NCBI GenBank assembly: GCA_027592135.1
Contig: JAQCIJ010000001.1
Span: forward strand, 34,156-98,155
From: a bacterium
Lineage (GTDB): Bacteria; Patescibacteriota; Gracilibacteria; Peribacterales; Peribacteraceae
Direction: 5' to 3'
DNA length: 64,000 nt
The translations under genes and the position numbers were made by a program. The notes beneath the pieces were generated by a model that worked only from the letters and a program-made list of their open reading frames with translations, did no database searches and was not told the origin of the DNA. How positions within the stretch are numbered: position 1 is the first letter of the stretch; every line of letters starts with the position of its first letter. This document shows, one piece after another, positions 36,589-45,934 of this stretch.

Positions 36589-36675
36589 ATTTGAACTATA
36601 TCATAAATGTGACAGAAGGTGCATAAGGTACAGAAGTAATAGTTACTTCTGTTTCCTCTGCGCCCTCTTTCTGTG

Positions 36676-36681
36676 TACAAT
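36676..36681 (+). promoter_or_regulatory. -10-like TACAAT 7 nt upstream of the ATG at 36689
   Basis: The sequence is gtgTACAATattatccATG. Confidence 0.3.
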
Positions 36682-36688
36682 ATTATCC

Positions 36689-37834
36689 ATGTTCAACAAG
36701 AACTTTATTACAGCATTCGTCGCTGGCATGGCTACAGTGTTCTGTGTATCGGCTGCAGCGCAGCAGTTTGGAGCATTAATGTTTCCAGATGTTGTTCCAA
36801 ATGACTACTTTTACGATGCAGTGAATCGTTTTGCAAAAAAAGGAATTGTTACTGGATACAAAGATGGTCGCTTTGGACCTCATGATTACGTTACTCGTGG
36901 ACAGGTTTCTGTTATAGTTGACCGATATGATCAGCAAGTTATTCGTCGTATGCGTGAGCAAATAGATGCTATGCGTAGTCAGTTGAGCTTAGGAAGATGT
37001 GGAGACAACGAAGTGCAGGTTGGTGAAGTTTGCGATGATGGAAATTCTCTCAGTGGAGATGGCTGCAGTGCAGAGTGCTTACAAGAGATTCATTGCTCTG
37101 GAGGATATATGATTGGAGACCGTTACCCAGCACCAGATGGTTGTAATATTTGTACATGCACCGAAGCAGGTATTGCCTGTACAGAAACAGCGTGTACACA
37201 AAAGAAGTGTTTCAGCAGTGGAGAATGTGGACAAAGTGAAGTGTGCTCTGTAGAGGAAGGGGATTGCAGGTACCCTTGCCCAATAGGAGCTGTCTGTATT
37301 CAGGCATGTGCAGGCGTATGTATTCCACAAACAGCTACGATCATCTGTGGAAATGGTGTGTGTGAAGAAGGGGAATCTGCAGTGCCAGATCGAACAGGTT
37401 TGCTGCTTTACTGCCCACAAGATTGTGAACTTGCAGGCCCTGTCTGTGGAGATGCAGTCTGTGATTCTGGAGAGGCTGATGAGTACCGACTTGGTGAAGA
37501 CGGCCCTATCCTTATTCGTCGAGGGGTATGTGCTACAGATTGCGAGGGAGGCTTGAGTGCTTGCGAACAAAAGAAGAAGAGTATCGACGTGATATTTGCA
37601 AAGAATCTCAGCTGCCAGACCGATACTGATTGTGCTGTGTTTTCACGAGGGTGCAGCCCATATCAGACTTGCGGAAAGCCAATTCTTCGCTCTTCATTAT
37701 TACAAGTATCTGCAGCAGTTTTTGGATATGTTGATGAATGTGAAACATCAGAGCCCGCTCTGTGTGCTGGATGTTTGCCAAATAGCGCGGTCTGCATCAA
37801 TGGCCTTTGCGAGATATTCCAAGAAGAGCTTTAA
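36689..37834 (+). CDS. Secreted SLH-domain protein with cysteine-rich repeats (DUF4215/Myxococcus-type and VWC-like)
   Basis: Signal peptide, then the SLH motif FPDVVPNDYFYDAVNRFAKKGIVTGYKDGRFGPHDYVTRGQV, then CGDNEVQVGEVCDDGNSLSGDGCSAEC and many further Cys-rich modules. Confidence 0.75.
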   Translation: MFNKNFITAFVAGMATVFCVSAAAQQFGALMFPDVVPNDYFYDAVNRFAKKGIVTGYKDGRFGPHDYVTRGQVSVIVDRYDQQVIRRMREQIDAMRSQLSLGRCGDNEVQVGEVCDDGNSLSGDGCSAECLQEIHCSGGYMIGDRYPAPDGCNICTCTEAGIACTETACTQKKCFSSGECGQSEVCSVEEGDCRYPCPIGAVCIQACAGVCIPQTATIICGNGVCEEGESAVPDRTGLLLYCPQDCELAGPVCGDAVCDSGEADEYRLGEDGPILIRRGVCATDCEGGLSACEQKKKSIDVIFAKNLSCQTDTDCAVFSRGCSPYQTCGKPILRSSLLQVSAAVFGYVDECETSEPALCAGCLPNSAVCINGLCEIFQEEL

Positions 37835-38724
37835 GAAATAGTTTTTGCAAATGCATTGCGCGTCACTGCATAGAGACCTGCAATACTTACAAGGATTACT
37901 ACCCAGACACCAGCACCCGTCTCTGGTTGTCGAATCGGGCCTCTGCCTTCGCGAATAACATTTGCAGCTACTGCACTTTGTGGAGCATCGCTTGGATCAT
38001 CACCAAATGCTTCGGGGATAGGATTTCCAGCACCATCAAATGGATGAATCCGTTCACTGCCTACTGCGTAAGGGTTTGTAGGAAGGCCAGTATTTTGTGG
38101 AGGTGGAGGTGGGGAAAAATCAAGTGGATTAAAATTATCAGCATTACTCGGTGGTGGCGTTGTAGTTCCTACAGGTTCTGCAAAAAAATCATTTCCAATG
38201 ATTGCATCAATATCGATAAAGTTATCTACTGTTTGTGTAACGACAACAATTTCTCCAATCAATTCACTAGATATAGAAGAGAAATACTCATATCTTCCAG
38301 GTTGAATATCTGGAGTGATAGTAAATTTATCTGAATCCCCATAAAAAAGTGTACTTGTCATAAGGCAAAATCCTGTATCACTACAGAGGGTTTCAGATTC
38401 AATAATATGGGGCATGTCTTGATCATTTACAAAGATAATTGTTTGACCATGCTCAACTTCTGCACTTGCAGGAAAAAATCCATCAGTAGTAATGCGTATA
38501 GTTTGCTCCAATCCTTCACCTGCCAGTTGCCCTGTTACGTTATCTAATCCACGGAAAAAGCCAAATCCAATGCCAATAACAACCAGCATTCCTACAAGTG
38601 CTGCAGGACGTCGGGAAATTTGCATTCCAGAAAGATCACCTTCTTGAGAAGGTTCAATCTGCTTGATGGTCACCGGTACCGGCTCATCATCTTCAGACTG
38701 CCAAACTGGATCAATATTATTCAT
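37831..38724 (-). CDS. Membrane-anchored cupredoxin-like domain protein with a Pro-rich linker and a C-terminal QPETG sorting-signal-like tail
   Basis: N-terminal TM, a beta-sandwich-like segment (IRITTDGFFPASAEVEHGQTIIFVNDQDMPHII), and a C-terminus of RQPETG + hydrophobic helix + basic residues. Confidence 0.6.
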   Translation of the reverse strand: MNNIDPVWQSEDDEPVPVTIKQIEPSQEGDLSGMQISRRPAALVGMLVVIGIGFGFFRGLDNVTGQLAGEGLEQTIRITTDGFFPASAEVEHGQTIIFVNDQDMPHIIESETLCSDTGFCLMTSTLFYGDSDKFTITPDIQPGRYEYFSSISSELIGEIVVVTQTVDNFIDIDAIIGNDFFAEPVGTTTPPPSNADNFNPLDFSPPPPPQNTGLPTNPYAVGSERIHPFDGAGNPIPEAFGDDPSDAPQSAVAANVIREGRGPIRQPETGAGVWVVILVSIAGLYAVTRNAFAKTIS

Positions 38725-40213
38725 GAGGATTTTTATTGCTAACCGTTAGCTGTCTTCGAGAAGCAAATGAAGTACCAATAATTGCAGATCCAACAAGGAA
38801 CAATACTACAGCAGAAGGGAGGCCTGTTTCTCCTGGTACTGGAGTTGGTTCAATTTCGTTCAAGATATTTGCTACCGGGTTTTTTCCAGGTCCATCACTT
38901 ATAGATCCTGCTACAAGTGGAGCACTAGAAGAATCTGGATCTCCAACAACAATCGAAACCTCACGGCTAAAAGCACTCTCTTCATCTTGTTTACTGAGAG
39001 CTCTTACTGCAAAGTAATAGCGCTTACCAATTTCGAGAGATCGAATCGTTAGACTATTTTCACTTTTATCAATAGTACGACGTTGCATATAGCGACCTGA
39101 GGTTTTGCTGTAGTATACAGTATTTGCCTTAAGCTGAGAGCTTTGCAGTGCATCCCAAGCGAGGAATACAGAGCTTCCGTCAGTGGTAACACGAACGTTA
39201 CGAATTTGCAAAAGAGCAAATGCTGTACGATTATCTGCAGTATCTGGATTATTTCCTAAATTTGGTACACAGATCCCACTTCCACAGAGACTGCTTTCGC
39301 ATTGATTATCTAATGCACAGTCTGCTCCATTTGGAAACAAGCTCACTGTTTCTTTGCACTGTCCTGCTTCACAGGTTCCCCCTTCGCAGTCCTCATCTCG
39401 TACACAAGCATTAGGGTCTACTTCGGGGATAGGCTCAGGCTCAGCATCTGTTTCTATATTTTCTGGGAAATTGTCGAAGATATTTCCAATAGTGTCTTCA
39501 TTACTTTCTGTAGGTTCTACATCTTCTGTTGGCTCAAGGCTGTCTTCGGCAAACTTGACGATTAATACACCTGGCTCCTCTTTTACAATGTAAGACTCTT
39601 CTCCGTCATCCTTACCAATAATGACACTATGGCCTTCAGGTTGGACATCGTAGAATGTAATTGGTGTACCAATAGAGTTTGTTTCTTTTACGAGAAATTG
39701 AATACGTGCAAAGAGAATCTTTTTTTCTTTCTCCACATTCCCATCTGCTGTAGCTTCCATCTTTGCATACCCTTCTCCTGAAGAGAAATCCTTTTCATCT
39801 GGTGTGACGATACCAAACTTTTCACTAATACTGATTGATTGCCCTTCTAGAATGTTTGGGTCATAGGAGAGCCATGCACGCACACGCTCGATGCTTTGAT
39901 TGTTTGGATTATCAATCACAAGATCTATATCTAAAATATCTCCTTTGCGTAGAGGTCTTGTACGGAGTGTTTGAGGATCTTCTATCTCGAAGCTAGAACA
40001 ACGCACTTCGTCTATAACACGTGTCTCTACTACTATTCCAGGACTTGGAATAGGGCCAAATAACCATTCTTCATCTGTATTTTCTCGCTCGATACAGTGC
40101 GGATGCAGTTCAAATGTTGCATCTTGAGTTGCTGCATCCACAGGTGTAGGCATTATACTGATAATTAATGCAGCGAGTATGCTCAGCCGATGCTTGCAAG
40201 AGTAGGTATACAT
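38717..40213 (-). CDS. Surface protein: cohesin-like domain, Cys-rich module, FN3 domain and a C-terminal PGETG sorting-signal-like tail
   Basis: Signal peptide. Cohesin-like pattern (ILDIDLVIDNPNNQSIERVRAWLSYDPNILEG...ILFARIQFLVKE). FN3-like (VRVTTDGSSVFLAWDA...YYFAVRAL). C-terminus VPGETG + TM + SRRQ. Confidence 0.6.
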   Translation of the reverse strand: MYTYSCKHRLSILAALIISIMPTPVDAATQDATFELHPHCIERENTDEEWLFGPIPSPGIVVETRVIDEVRCSSFEIEDPQTLRTRPLRKGDILDIDLVIDNPNNQSIERVRAWLSYDPNILEGQSISISEKFGIVTPDEKDFSSGEGYAKMEATADGNVEKEKKILFARIQFLVKETNSIGTPITFYDVQPEGHSVIIGKDDGEESYIVKEEPGVLIVKFAEDSLEPTEDVEPTESNEDTIGNIFDNFPENIETDAEPEPIPEVDPNACVRDEDCEGGTCEAGQCKETVSLFPNGADCALDNQCESSLCGSGICVPNLGNNPDTADNRTAFALLQIRNVRVTTDGSSVFLAWDALQSSQLKANTVYYSKTSGRYMQRRTIDKSENSLTIRSLEIGKRYYFAVRALSKQDEESAFSREVSIVVGDPDSSSAPLVAGSISDGPGKNPVANILNEIEPTPVPGETGLPSAVVLFLVGSAIIGTSFASRRQLTVSNKNPHE

Positions 40214-40224
40214 AAGAGAAGTAT

Positions 40225-40551
40225 TTACTGAACAGAGAGTGTAGAGAGGATGCCAATCGCATCATCTACAGTCAGTTGGCCGTCCTGATTAGGATCAGCC
40301 TTCAGTTGATCGGTAGTAGCACTTCTATATCCTTGAGCGACTTCCAAGATAATAAGGACATCACTCATATCAATAGCGCCACTTCCATCGACGTCTCCAA
40401 CAAAAGGTGCACCTCCTGCTTGAATGAGAGAAACAGGTTGTACATCTCCTGCTGTTTGAATGCCAACCAGAAATGAGCCAATAATGCATGCCATGCCAGT
40501 GGCAAGCAGCTTAAGGTTCCTTCTGAGGGAGTGTGGGTATTTGATATACAT
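40225..40551 (-). CDS. Small membrane-anchored dockerin-domain protein
   Basis: 108 aa: N-terminal anchor plus two Ca-binding dockerin repeats (GDVDGSGAIDMSDVLIILE and ADPNQDGQLTVDDAIGIL). Confidence 0.7.
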   Translation of the reverse strand: MYIKYPHSLRRNLKLLATGMACIIGSFLVGIQTAGDVQPVSLIQAGGAPFVGDVDGSGAIDMSDVLIILEVAQGYRSATTDQLKADPNQDGQLTVDDAIGILSTLSVQ

Positions 40552-40635
40552 ATCATGTTATTATAGCAAGAAACTCGCATTTTGTGGATAGTGCATGGGT
40601 TGAAACATATATACAAATGTTGTTTAATAATATGA

Positions 40636-40641
40636 TACAAT
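40636..40641 (+). promoter_or_regulatory. Extended -10-like TGaTACAAT 9 nt upstream of the holA ATG
   Basis: The sequence is taTGaTACAATctgtctctaATG. Confidence 0.35.
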
Positions 40642-40650
40642 CTGTCTCTA

Positions 40651-41613
40651 ATGTCTCAAGTATTTTTATTCTCAGGCGAAAATCTCTATGAGATGACCCA
40701 AGAGAAACAGCGATGGATTAGCGGTTTTATTGATAAACACGGCCAAGAAAACCTTACGATTTTTGATGGAAAGAAGCTTTCAGCAAAGCTTTTAAAGGAT
40801 GAATTAGCTGCATCTCCATTTATCGCTGAAAAACGACTTATAGTGATAGAGGGGATTCTAAAGATGGAAAAAGGAGAAATGCTCCAGCTGCAAGATGTTA
40901 TTCATCCACAAAATATACTACTATTTGTTGACTCAAAGCCTGACAAACGACTCTCAAGTACAAAAGAACTTTTGACTATTGCAAAGATACAGTCGTTTAG
41001 TCCGATAAGAGGAGATCGTCTTATAGGATGGCTAATACAGCAGGCAAAAACGTCTGGATCTTCACTATCTACAGATAGTGCAAGACATCTGATAGACACA
41101 GTAGGGGAAGATCAGATGCTGTTGGTTTCAGAAATACAAAAGCTTGCAACATTTACAGGTTCTGGCTCTATAAATTACGAAGCCATTGATGCGCTGGTTA
41201 TGCTAAGTGAAGAACAGGTCGGATGGAAATTGATGGATTTACTTTCGCTTGGCAAAAGAGATGAGGCAATACATTTTGCACAGGAATTATTACAAAAGGG
41301 AGAGAGCCCCTATGCCTTGTGGGGCAAATTACTCTGGCTTGTTTTGCAACTTACTCTCGTCTGCGCAGCACTTGATGATGGTATAGCAGCTCCACCGGCT
41401 ATCACCAAAAGCACAGGCATAAGCTTTGGAACTGTAAAAACAGTACTACCGCTTGCTAGAAAAATGGATAGAGCAAAGCTGAGCAACATTGTTTCTCAGT
41501 TCGTCCTTACAGACAAAGCTTTAAAAACCGGAGGATATAAATCTACTGTCGAAGCACCTGAAGAACTTCTATCTATTATTGATCAATCTATTGTCATGCT
41601 TAGCGGATCATAG
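40651..41613 (+). CDS. holA: DNA polymerase III delta subunit
   Basis: 320 aa with an N-terminal VFLFSGEN...L, a clamp-loader delta-like layout and a C-terminal helical domain. Confidence 0.75.
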   Translation: MSQVFLFSGENLYEMTQEKQRWISGFIDKHGQENLTIFDGKKLSAKLLKDELAASPFIAEKRLIVIEGILKMEKGEMLQLQDVIHPQNILLFVDSKPDKRLSSTKELLTIAKIQSFSPIRGDRLIGWLIQQAKTSGSSLSTDSARHLIDTVGEDQMLLVSEIQKLATFTGSGSINYEAIDALVMLSEEQVGWKLMDLLSLGKRDEAIHFAQELLQKGESPYALWGKLLWLVLQLTLVCAALDDGIAAPPAITKSTGISFGTVKTVLPLARKMDRAKLSNIVSQFVLTDKALKTGGYKSTVEAPEELLSIIDQSIVMLSGS

Positions 41614-41994
41614 TTGTTCAATCTTTTTCAGGAGATCCTCTGTCTGTATATTTTCTTCTCTTTCATGAATCTCTTCTTGCTCGGATCGCTCTTCTCGACG
41701 TCCTTTAATAGAGGCTTCTGTTCTTGCGATTAACTCTTTATTGTTATTATTTCCAATCTGAGCACTATATTTATCATCGATAGCCGCTAATTGCTTCTGT
41801 TCATTATTAAGGATATCTCTAAGGTTTTGTAATTGCTCTGGTGTCATTATTGGCATGATGTTTACCCAATATTGCCGTTCTTCGTCATTCATACTTTCGG
41901 ACTGAAGAATGAGTGCTATAAGATCTGGAAACTTTGTACGAAGATCGTCAGAAATAGTCACTCCAGACGCCGATCCTGATGAATCATCTTTCAT
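41608..41994 (-). CDS. Hypothetical coiled-coil protein
   Basis: 128-aa ORF immediately downstream of greA on the same strand. No motif recognised. Confidence 0.5.
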   Translation of the reverse strand: MKDDSSGSASGVTISDDLRTKFPDLIALILQSESMNDEERQYWVNIMPIMTPEQLQNLRDILNNEQKQLAAIDDKYSAQIGNNNNKELIARTEASIKGRREERSEQEEIHEREENIQTEDLLKKIEQL

Positions 41995-42001
41995 AAATTA
42001 C

Positions 42002-42505
42002 TTACGAAATCTTAAGTACTTCGTACTTGAATATCCCAGCTGGAGTATTTACTTCAAATATATCACCTTTCTCTTTGCCGAGCACCCCTTTTCCAACAGG
42101 GGATTCGTTGCTGATTTTCTTTTCAAGTGGATCTGCTTCTGTAGAACCAACAATGGTGTAGGCAATAGGGTCATCACCATCAGTCTTGTTACGAATAGTT
42201 ACTGTAGAACCAATTTGAACGTCTTTTCCTTTCGAGTCACCACTCTTCCCAGAGATGATTTTTGCATTCTTAATCATTTGCTCTAGTTCGAGAACACGAC
42301 CCTCAATGAATGCCTGTTCGTTCTTTGCCTCTTGGTATTCAGAGTTCTCTGAGAGGTCACCATAGGAGATAGCTTCTTTTAGGCGGAGAGCTACTTCTTT
42401 ACGTTTAATAGTCTTAATTTCCTCCAGTTCCTCTTGAAGTTTCTTAAGGCCTTCTTTGGTAACGAGGGTTTCATCGAGTATTTCGTCGTCTGCTACTTTT
42501 GACAT
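42002..42505 (-). CDS. greA: Transcription elongation factor GreA
   Basis: YGDLSENSEYQEAKNEQAFIEGRV in the coiled-coil finger and a C-terminal FKBP-like domain. The ORF extends to 42547, but Met15 (MSKVADDE) gives the canonical length. Confidence 0.9.
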   Translation of the reverse strand: MSKVADDEILDETLVTKEGLKKLQEELEEIKTIKRKEVALRLKEAISYGDLSENSEYQEAKNEQAFIEGRVLELEQMIKNAKIISGKSGDSKGKDVQIGSTVTIRNKTDGDDPIAYTIVGSTEADPLEKKISNESPVGKGVLGKEKGDIFEVNTPAGIFKYEVLKIS

Positions 42506-42584
42506 AGAAAATGTGGGAATGCAAAATTTCTGGCTAATTGTAGTCAAATAGAGGGGTTACAGCAACAAATTTACAAAGATTTGG

Positions 42585-45500
42585 CTATTGGCCAGTTTCT
42601 GTAAGCAGTTTTGGCCATTCCATAATAGGCAGCTGATCGGGGTTTTCTTGTAATAATGCTTCAATAATACGTTTTGCAAGCTGCACATTGGTAATCAGTG
42701 GAATGCCGTGATCTGTAGCAATGCGGCGAATAAAGTATCCATCTGTCTGATCTTCCCCTCGAGAGTGCGTTGGAATGTTAATGACGAGGTCAATTCTCTT
42801 CTTTTCTAGATATTCGCGGATATTTGGACTTCTTGGCTCTGATACCTTATTAAGCAATGCGGAAGGCACATTACGTGATTCAAGGAACTCATGGGTTCTT
42901 GTAGTAGCAAAGAAGGAAAAGCCTTTTCCATAGAGATTTTGAATAGAGCTCAGCATATCCACCTTGTCTTCTAGTCTCCCAATAGTCACCAGAATATTTT
43001 TCTTTGGTATGGTAAATCCAACAGCCATCATGGCAGTAAGCAACGCCTGTTCTGCATTGTGACCGAAACACGCAACTTCACCAGTGCTAGCCATTTCTAC
43101 ACCAAGCCTTGGATCTGCACCTTTTAGTCGACTAAAACTAAATTGAGCAGCCTTGACTCCAACGTGATCTAGATCCAGCGTCTGATAGCGCTTTTCTTGA
43201 GGAGCTTTGCCAATAAGCGCCTGTGTTGCAAGCGTAATAAAATTATGCCCGGTCACCTTACTGGCAAAAGGAAAACTTCGACTGGCACGCAAGTTACATT
43301 CAATTACTTTAAGCCTGTTGTTCTTTGCTAAGAACTGGATATTGTATGGACCAGAAATTTCGAGGGCCTTTCCTATAGATTTTGATATAGCCTTGATCCT
43401 TCGAAGTGTTTCGAGGTTTACCCGTTGAGGTGGAAGCACGATTGTAGCATCACCAGAATGCACACCAGCATTTTCGATATGCTCGGAGATTGCGTATATC
43501 AATAGTTCACCATTTTGAGCGACTCCATCAAATTCTATTTCTTTTGCTCCTACCTCAAATTTTGAGACAACAATTGGAGCTTCTTTATTTATAAAAGCAG
43601 ACTGTTCGACATAGGCAGAAAGATCTTCATCAGAATGAACGACTGCCATCGAAGCACCAGAGAGTACATAACTTGGTCGTACGATTACGGGGTACCCCAC
43701 CTCTTTTGAAAACCCCTTTGCGTCTGAAAGATCGGTAAATTCTTGCCACTCTGGTTGGTCTATTCCAAGGGTATCAAGCATAGTGCTAAATTTATGCCTA
43801 TCCTCTGCATTGTCGATATTCACTGGAGCAGTGCCGAGTATGTGAATACCAGCTTCAGCAAGTCGCGGAGCAAGGGAATTCGGTATCTGGCCTCCCATAG
43901 AAACAACAACACCAGAGGCAGATAAAAGTTCGATAATATCGCGTACACGTTCTTCGCTAAGCTCATCAAAGAAGAGTGAGTCACATTCATCATAGTCTGT
44001 ACTTACGGTTTCTGGATTGCTATTGATCATTGCAACTTCGTATCCCTGCTTCTGAAGTTCATGCGCAGCCTGAACACAGCACCAGTCAAACTCTACAGAG
44101 GAACCAATAGAGTACGGACCTCCTCCAAGGACAAGAACGCGATCTTTATCCCCTTTCTCGAAGGTGACATCATTTTCTGTTCCGTGGTAGGTAAGATAGA
44201 GATAATTTGTTTGAGCAGGAAATTCTCCAGCGAGAGTATCCACCTGTTTTACCACTGGCTCTATGCCAAGATTTTTACGGAGTGTGCGAATGGATTCTGT
44301 TGTATTCTTCGTCATCTCTGCGATAGCACTATCACTAAATCCTGCCTTCTTCGCACGCAGTATAAGGGGGGCATCTGGCAGATCGCTTTGTTCACTAATT
44401 TCCTTTGCTATTTTTGCACAGTCAGCAATACGGTTAAGAAACCAGAGATCGATCCCTGTGCCAATAGTAATCTGCTCGGGAGTCCATGCCCCTTTAAGAG
44501 CTTCCGCTACAGCAAAAATACGCCGAGGCGTTGGTCGCTTTACCTCCATGTCAATATCTGAAAATTCCATTGGAACAGGATACAAACCCAAAGCGCCAAT
44601 ATTGAGCATACGCATAGCTTTTTGTAAGGCTTCTTCAAAAGTTCTTCCTAGCGCCATTACCTCTCCTACCGATTTCATTTCTGATGTGACTTTATCTGAG
44701 ACAAAGCGAAATTTTTGCAGATCCCAGCGGGGGACTTTTACAGCAACGTAATCAAGAGATGGCTCAAAGTCTGCACTGGTTACTTCGGTAATAGCATTAC
44801 GAAGTTTCGGCAGGCTATAGCCGAGGGCAAGTTTGGCAGCGACAAACGCAAGAGGGTATCCCGTAGCCTTAGATGCTAATGCAGAGCTCCGGCTTAGTCT
44901 CGCATTCACTTCGATAACTCGGTACCTTCGAGATTTAGGGTCCAATGCATATTGAATGTTGCATTCACCAACAATTTTTAAGTGTCGAATCACTTTGAGT
45001 GCAATGGATCGCAACATTTGATATTCGTAGTTATCGAGAGTTTGGCTTGGAGCAACAACAATAGATTCTCCTGTGTGAATACCAAGTGGGTCGACATTTT
45101 CCATATTACACACCGTAATACAGTTGTCGTATGCATCACGTACTACTTCGTATTCAATCTCTTTCCATCCAGTAAGATCTTCTTCCACAAGTACCTGTCG
45201 AGATTCTACAAAAGCAATTTTGCAGATATCTGCTAACTCTTTTTCGTTAGAAGCTCTTCCACTCCCTTTACCCCCCAAAGCAAATGCTGCACGAGTAATT
45301 ACCGGATAGCCAATAGCTGTTCCTGCGGTAAGCACTTCGTCTATAGATTCACAGGCGAAGCTCTTTGGTACATCAATACTAATTGATCGTAGTTCTGCAT
45401 TAAACACTGCACGGTCTTCGGTCTTATTAATACTTTCTACACTTGTTCCCAGCACCTTCACATTGTATTTCTTAAGGACGCCAGATTCTTCGAGTGTGAC

Positions 45501-45857
45501 TCCACAGTTAAGAGCAGTTTGCCCGCCGAACGATAGAGCGATAGCATCTGGGCGCTCTTTTTCGATGATTCGTTCTACAAAAGCAGGGTTAACCGGCTCA
45601 AAATATACACTATCAGCAAGTCCCCAACTTGTTTGGTTGGTAGCAATGTTTGGATTAATCAAAACGACACGTTTGCCCTCTTCTTTAAATGCTTTAATTG
45701 CTTGGCTTCCAGAGTAGTCAAATTCTCCAGCTTCTCCGATCTTCAAAGCACCGGACCCTAGTAGCAAGATTGTCTTTACCCCTTCTAGACTTTTAGAAAA
45801 TGCGTCTCCTTCCCCTATATGGGGGCTTGGAGTGCCCTTGGTCTGGTCAGCGGTCAT
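42585..45857 (-). CDS. carB: Carbamoyl-phosphate synthase large subunit
   Basis: 1090 aa with duplicated ATP-grasp halves (GSGALKIGEAGEFDYSGSQA... and GGGPYSIGSSVEFDWC...) and an MGS-like C-terminal domain. Confidence 0.95.
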   Translation of the reverse strand: MTADQTKGTPSPHIGEGDAFSKSLEGVKTILLLGSGALKIGEAGEFDYSGSQAIKAFKEEGKRVVLINPNIATNQTSWGLADSVYFEPVNPAFVERIIEKERPDAIALSFGGQTALNCGVTLEESGVLKKYNVKVLGTSVESINKTEDRAVFNAELRSISIDVPKSFACESIDEVLTAGTAIGYPVITRAAFALGGKGSGRASNEKELADICKIAFVESRQVLVEEDLTGWKEIEYEVVRDAYDNCITVCNMENVDPLGIHTGESIVVAPSQTLDNYEYQMLRSIALKVIRHLKIVGECNIQYALDPKSRRYRVIEVNARLSRSSALASKATGYPLAFVAAKLALGYSLPKLRNAITEVTSADFEPSLDYVAVKVPRWDLQKFRFVSDKVTSEMKSVGEVMALGRTFEEALQKAMRMLNIGALGLYPVPMEFSDIDMEVKRPTPRRIFAVAEALKGAWTPEQITIGTGIDLWFLNRIADCAKIAKEISEQSDLPDAPLILRAKKAGFSDSAIAEMTKNTTESIRTLRKNLGIEPVVKQVDTLAGEFPAQTNYLYLTYHGTENDVTFEKGDKDRVLVLGGGPYSIGSSVEFDWCCVQAAHELQKQGYEVAMINSNPETVSTDYDECDSLFFDELSEERVRDIIELLSASGVVVSMGGQIPNSLAPRLAEAGIHILGTAPVNIDNAEDRHKFSTMLDTLGIDQPEWQEFTDLSDAKGFSKEVGYPVIVRPSYVLSGASMAVVHSDEDLSAYVEQSAFINKEAPIVVSKFEVGAKEIEFDGVAQNGELLIYAISEHIENAGVHSGDATIVLPPQRVNLETLRRIKAISKSIGKALEISGPYNIQFLAKNNRLKVIECNLRASRSFPFASKVTGHNFITLATQALIGKAPQEKRYQTLDLDHVGVKAAQFSFSRLKGADPRLGVEMASTGEVACFGHNAEQALLTAMMAVGFTIPKKNILVTIGRLEDKVDMLSSIQNLYGKGFSFFATTRTHEFLESRNVPSALLNKVSEPRSPNIREYLEKKRIDLVINIPTHSRGEDQTDGYFIRRIATDHGIPLITNVQLAKRIIEALLQENPDQLPIMEWPKLLTETGQ

Positions 45858-45934
45858 GTTCCGAACGAGACTACAGCTTAAGATTTATTTGGGCAAGGGT
45901 ATTATTACGATGAAATAAGAGTATTATAGACTCC

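Noticed and set aside
36524-36688. TTG-initiated 5' extension of the SLH/Cys-rich protein ORF
   Set aside because: It overlaps the VIT1 gene start on the opposite strand and is rich in Cys, Arg and Phe. ATG 36689 is followed by a proper signal peptide and preceded by a -10-like box.
37807-38334. 175-aa plus-strand ORF antisense to the cupredoxin-like gene
   Set aside because: Its Cys/Trp/Arg/Ile-rich composition is not protein-like. The minus-strand ORF has a TM anchor, a folded domain and a sorting signal, and is coupled to its upstream neighbour.
44061-44751. Plus-strand ORFs (166 and 162 aa) inside carB, and similar shadow ORFs inside ftsK (19315-21030), leuS (5601-6417), the rsmB-like gene (9175-9720) and the SPFH gene (29764-30240)
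   Set aside because: All lie within long, well-supported CDSs on the other strand or in another frame, and none has a recognisable motif.
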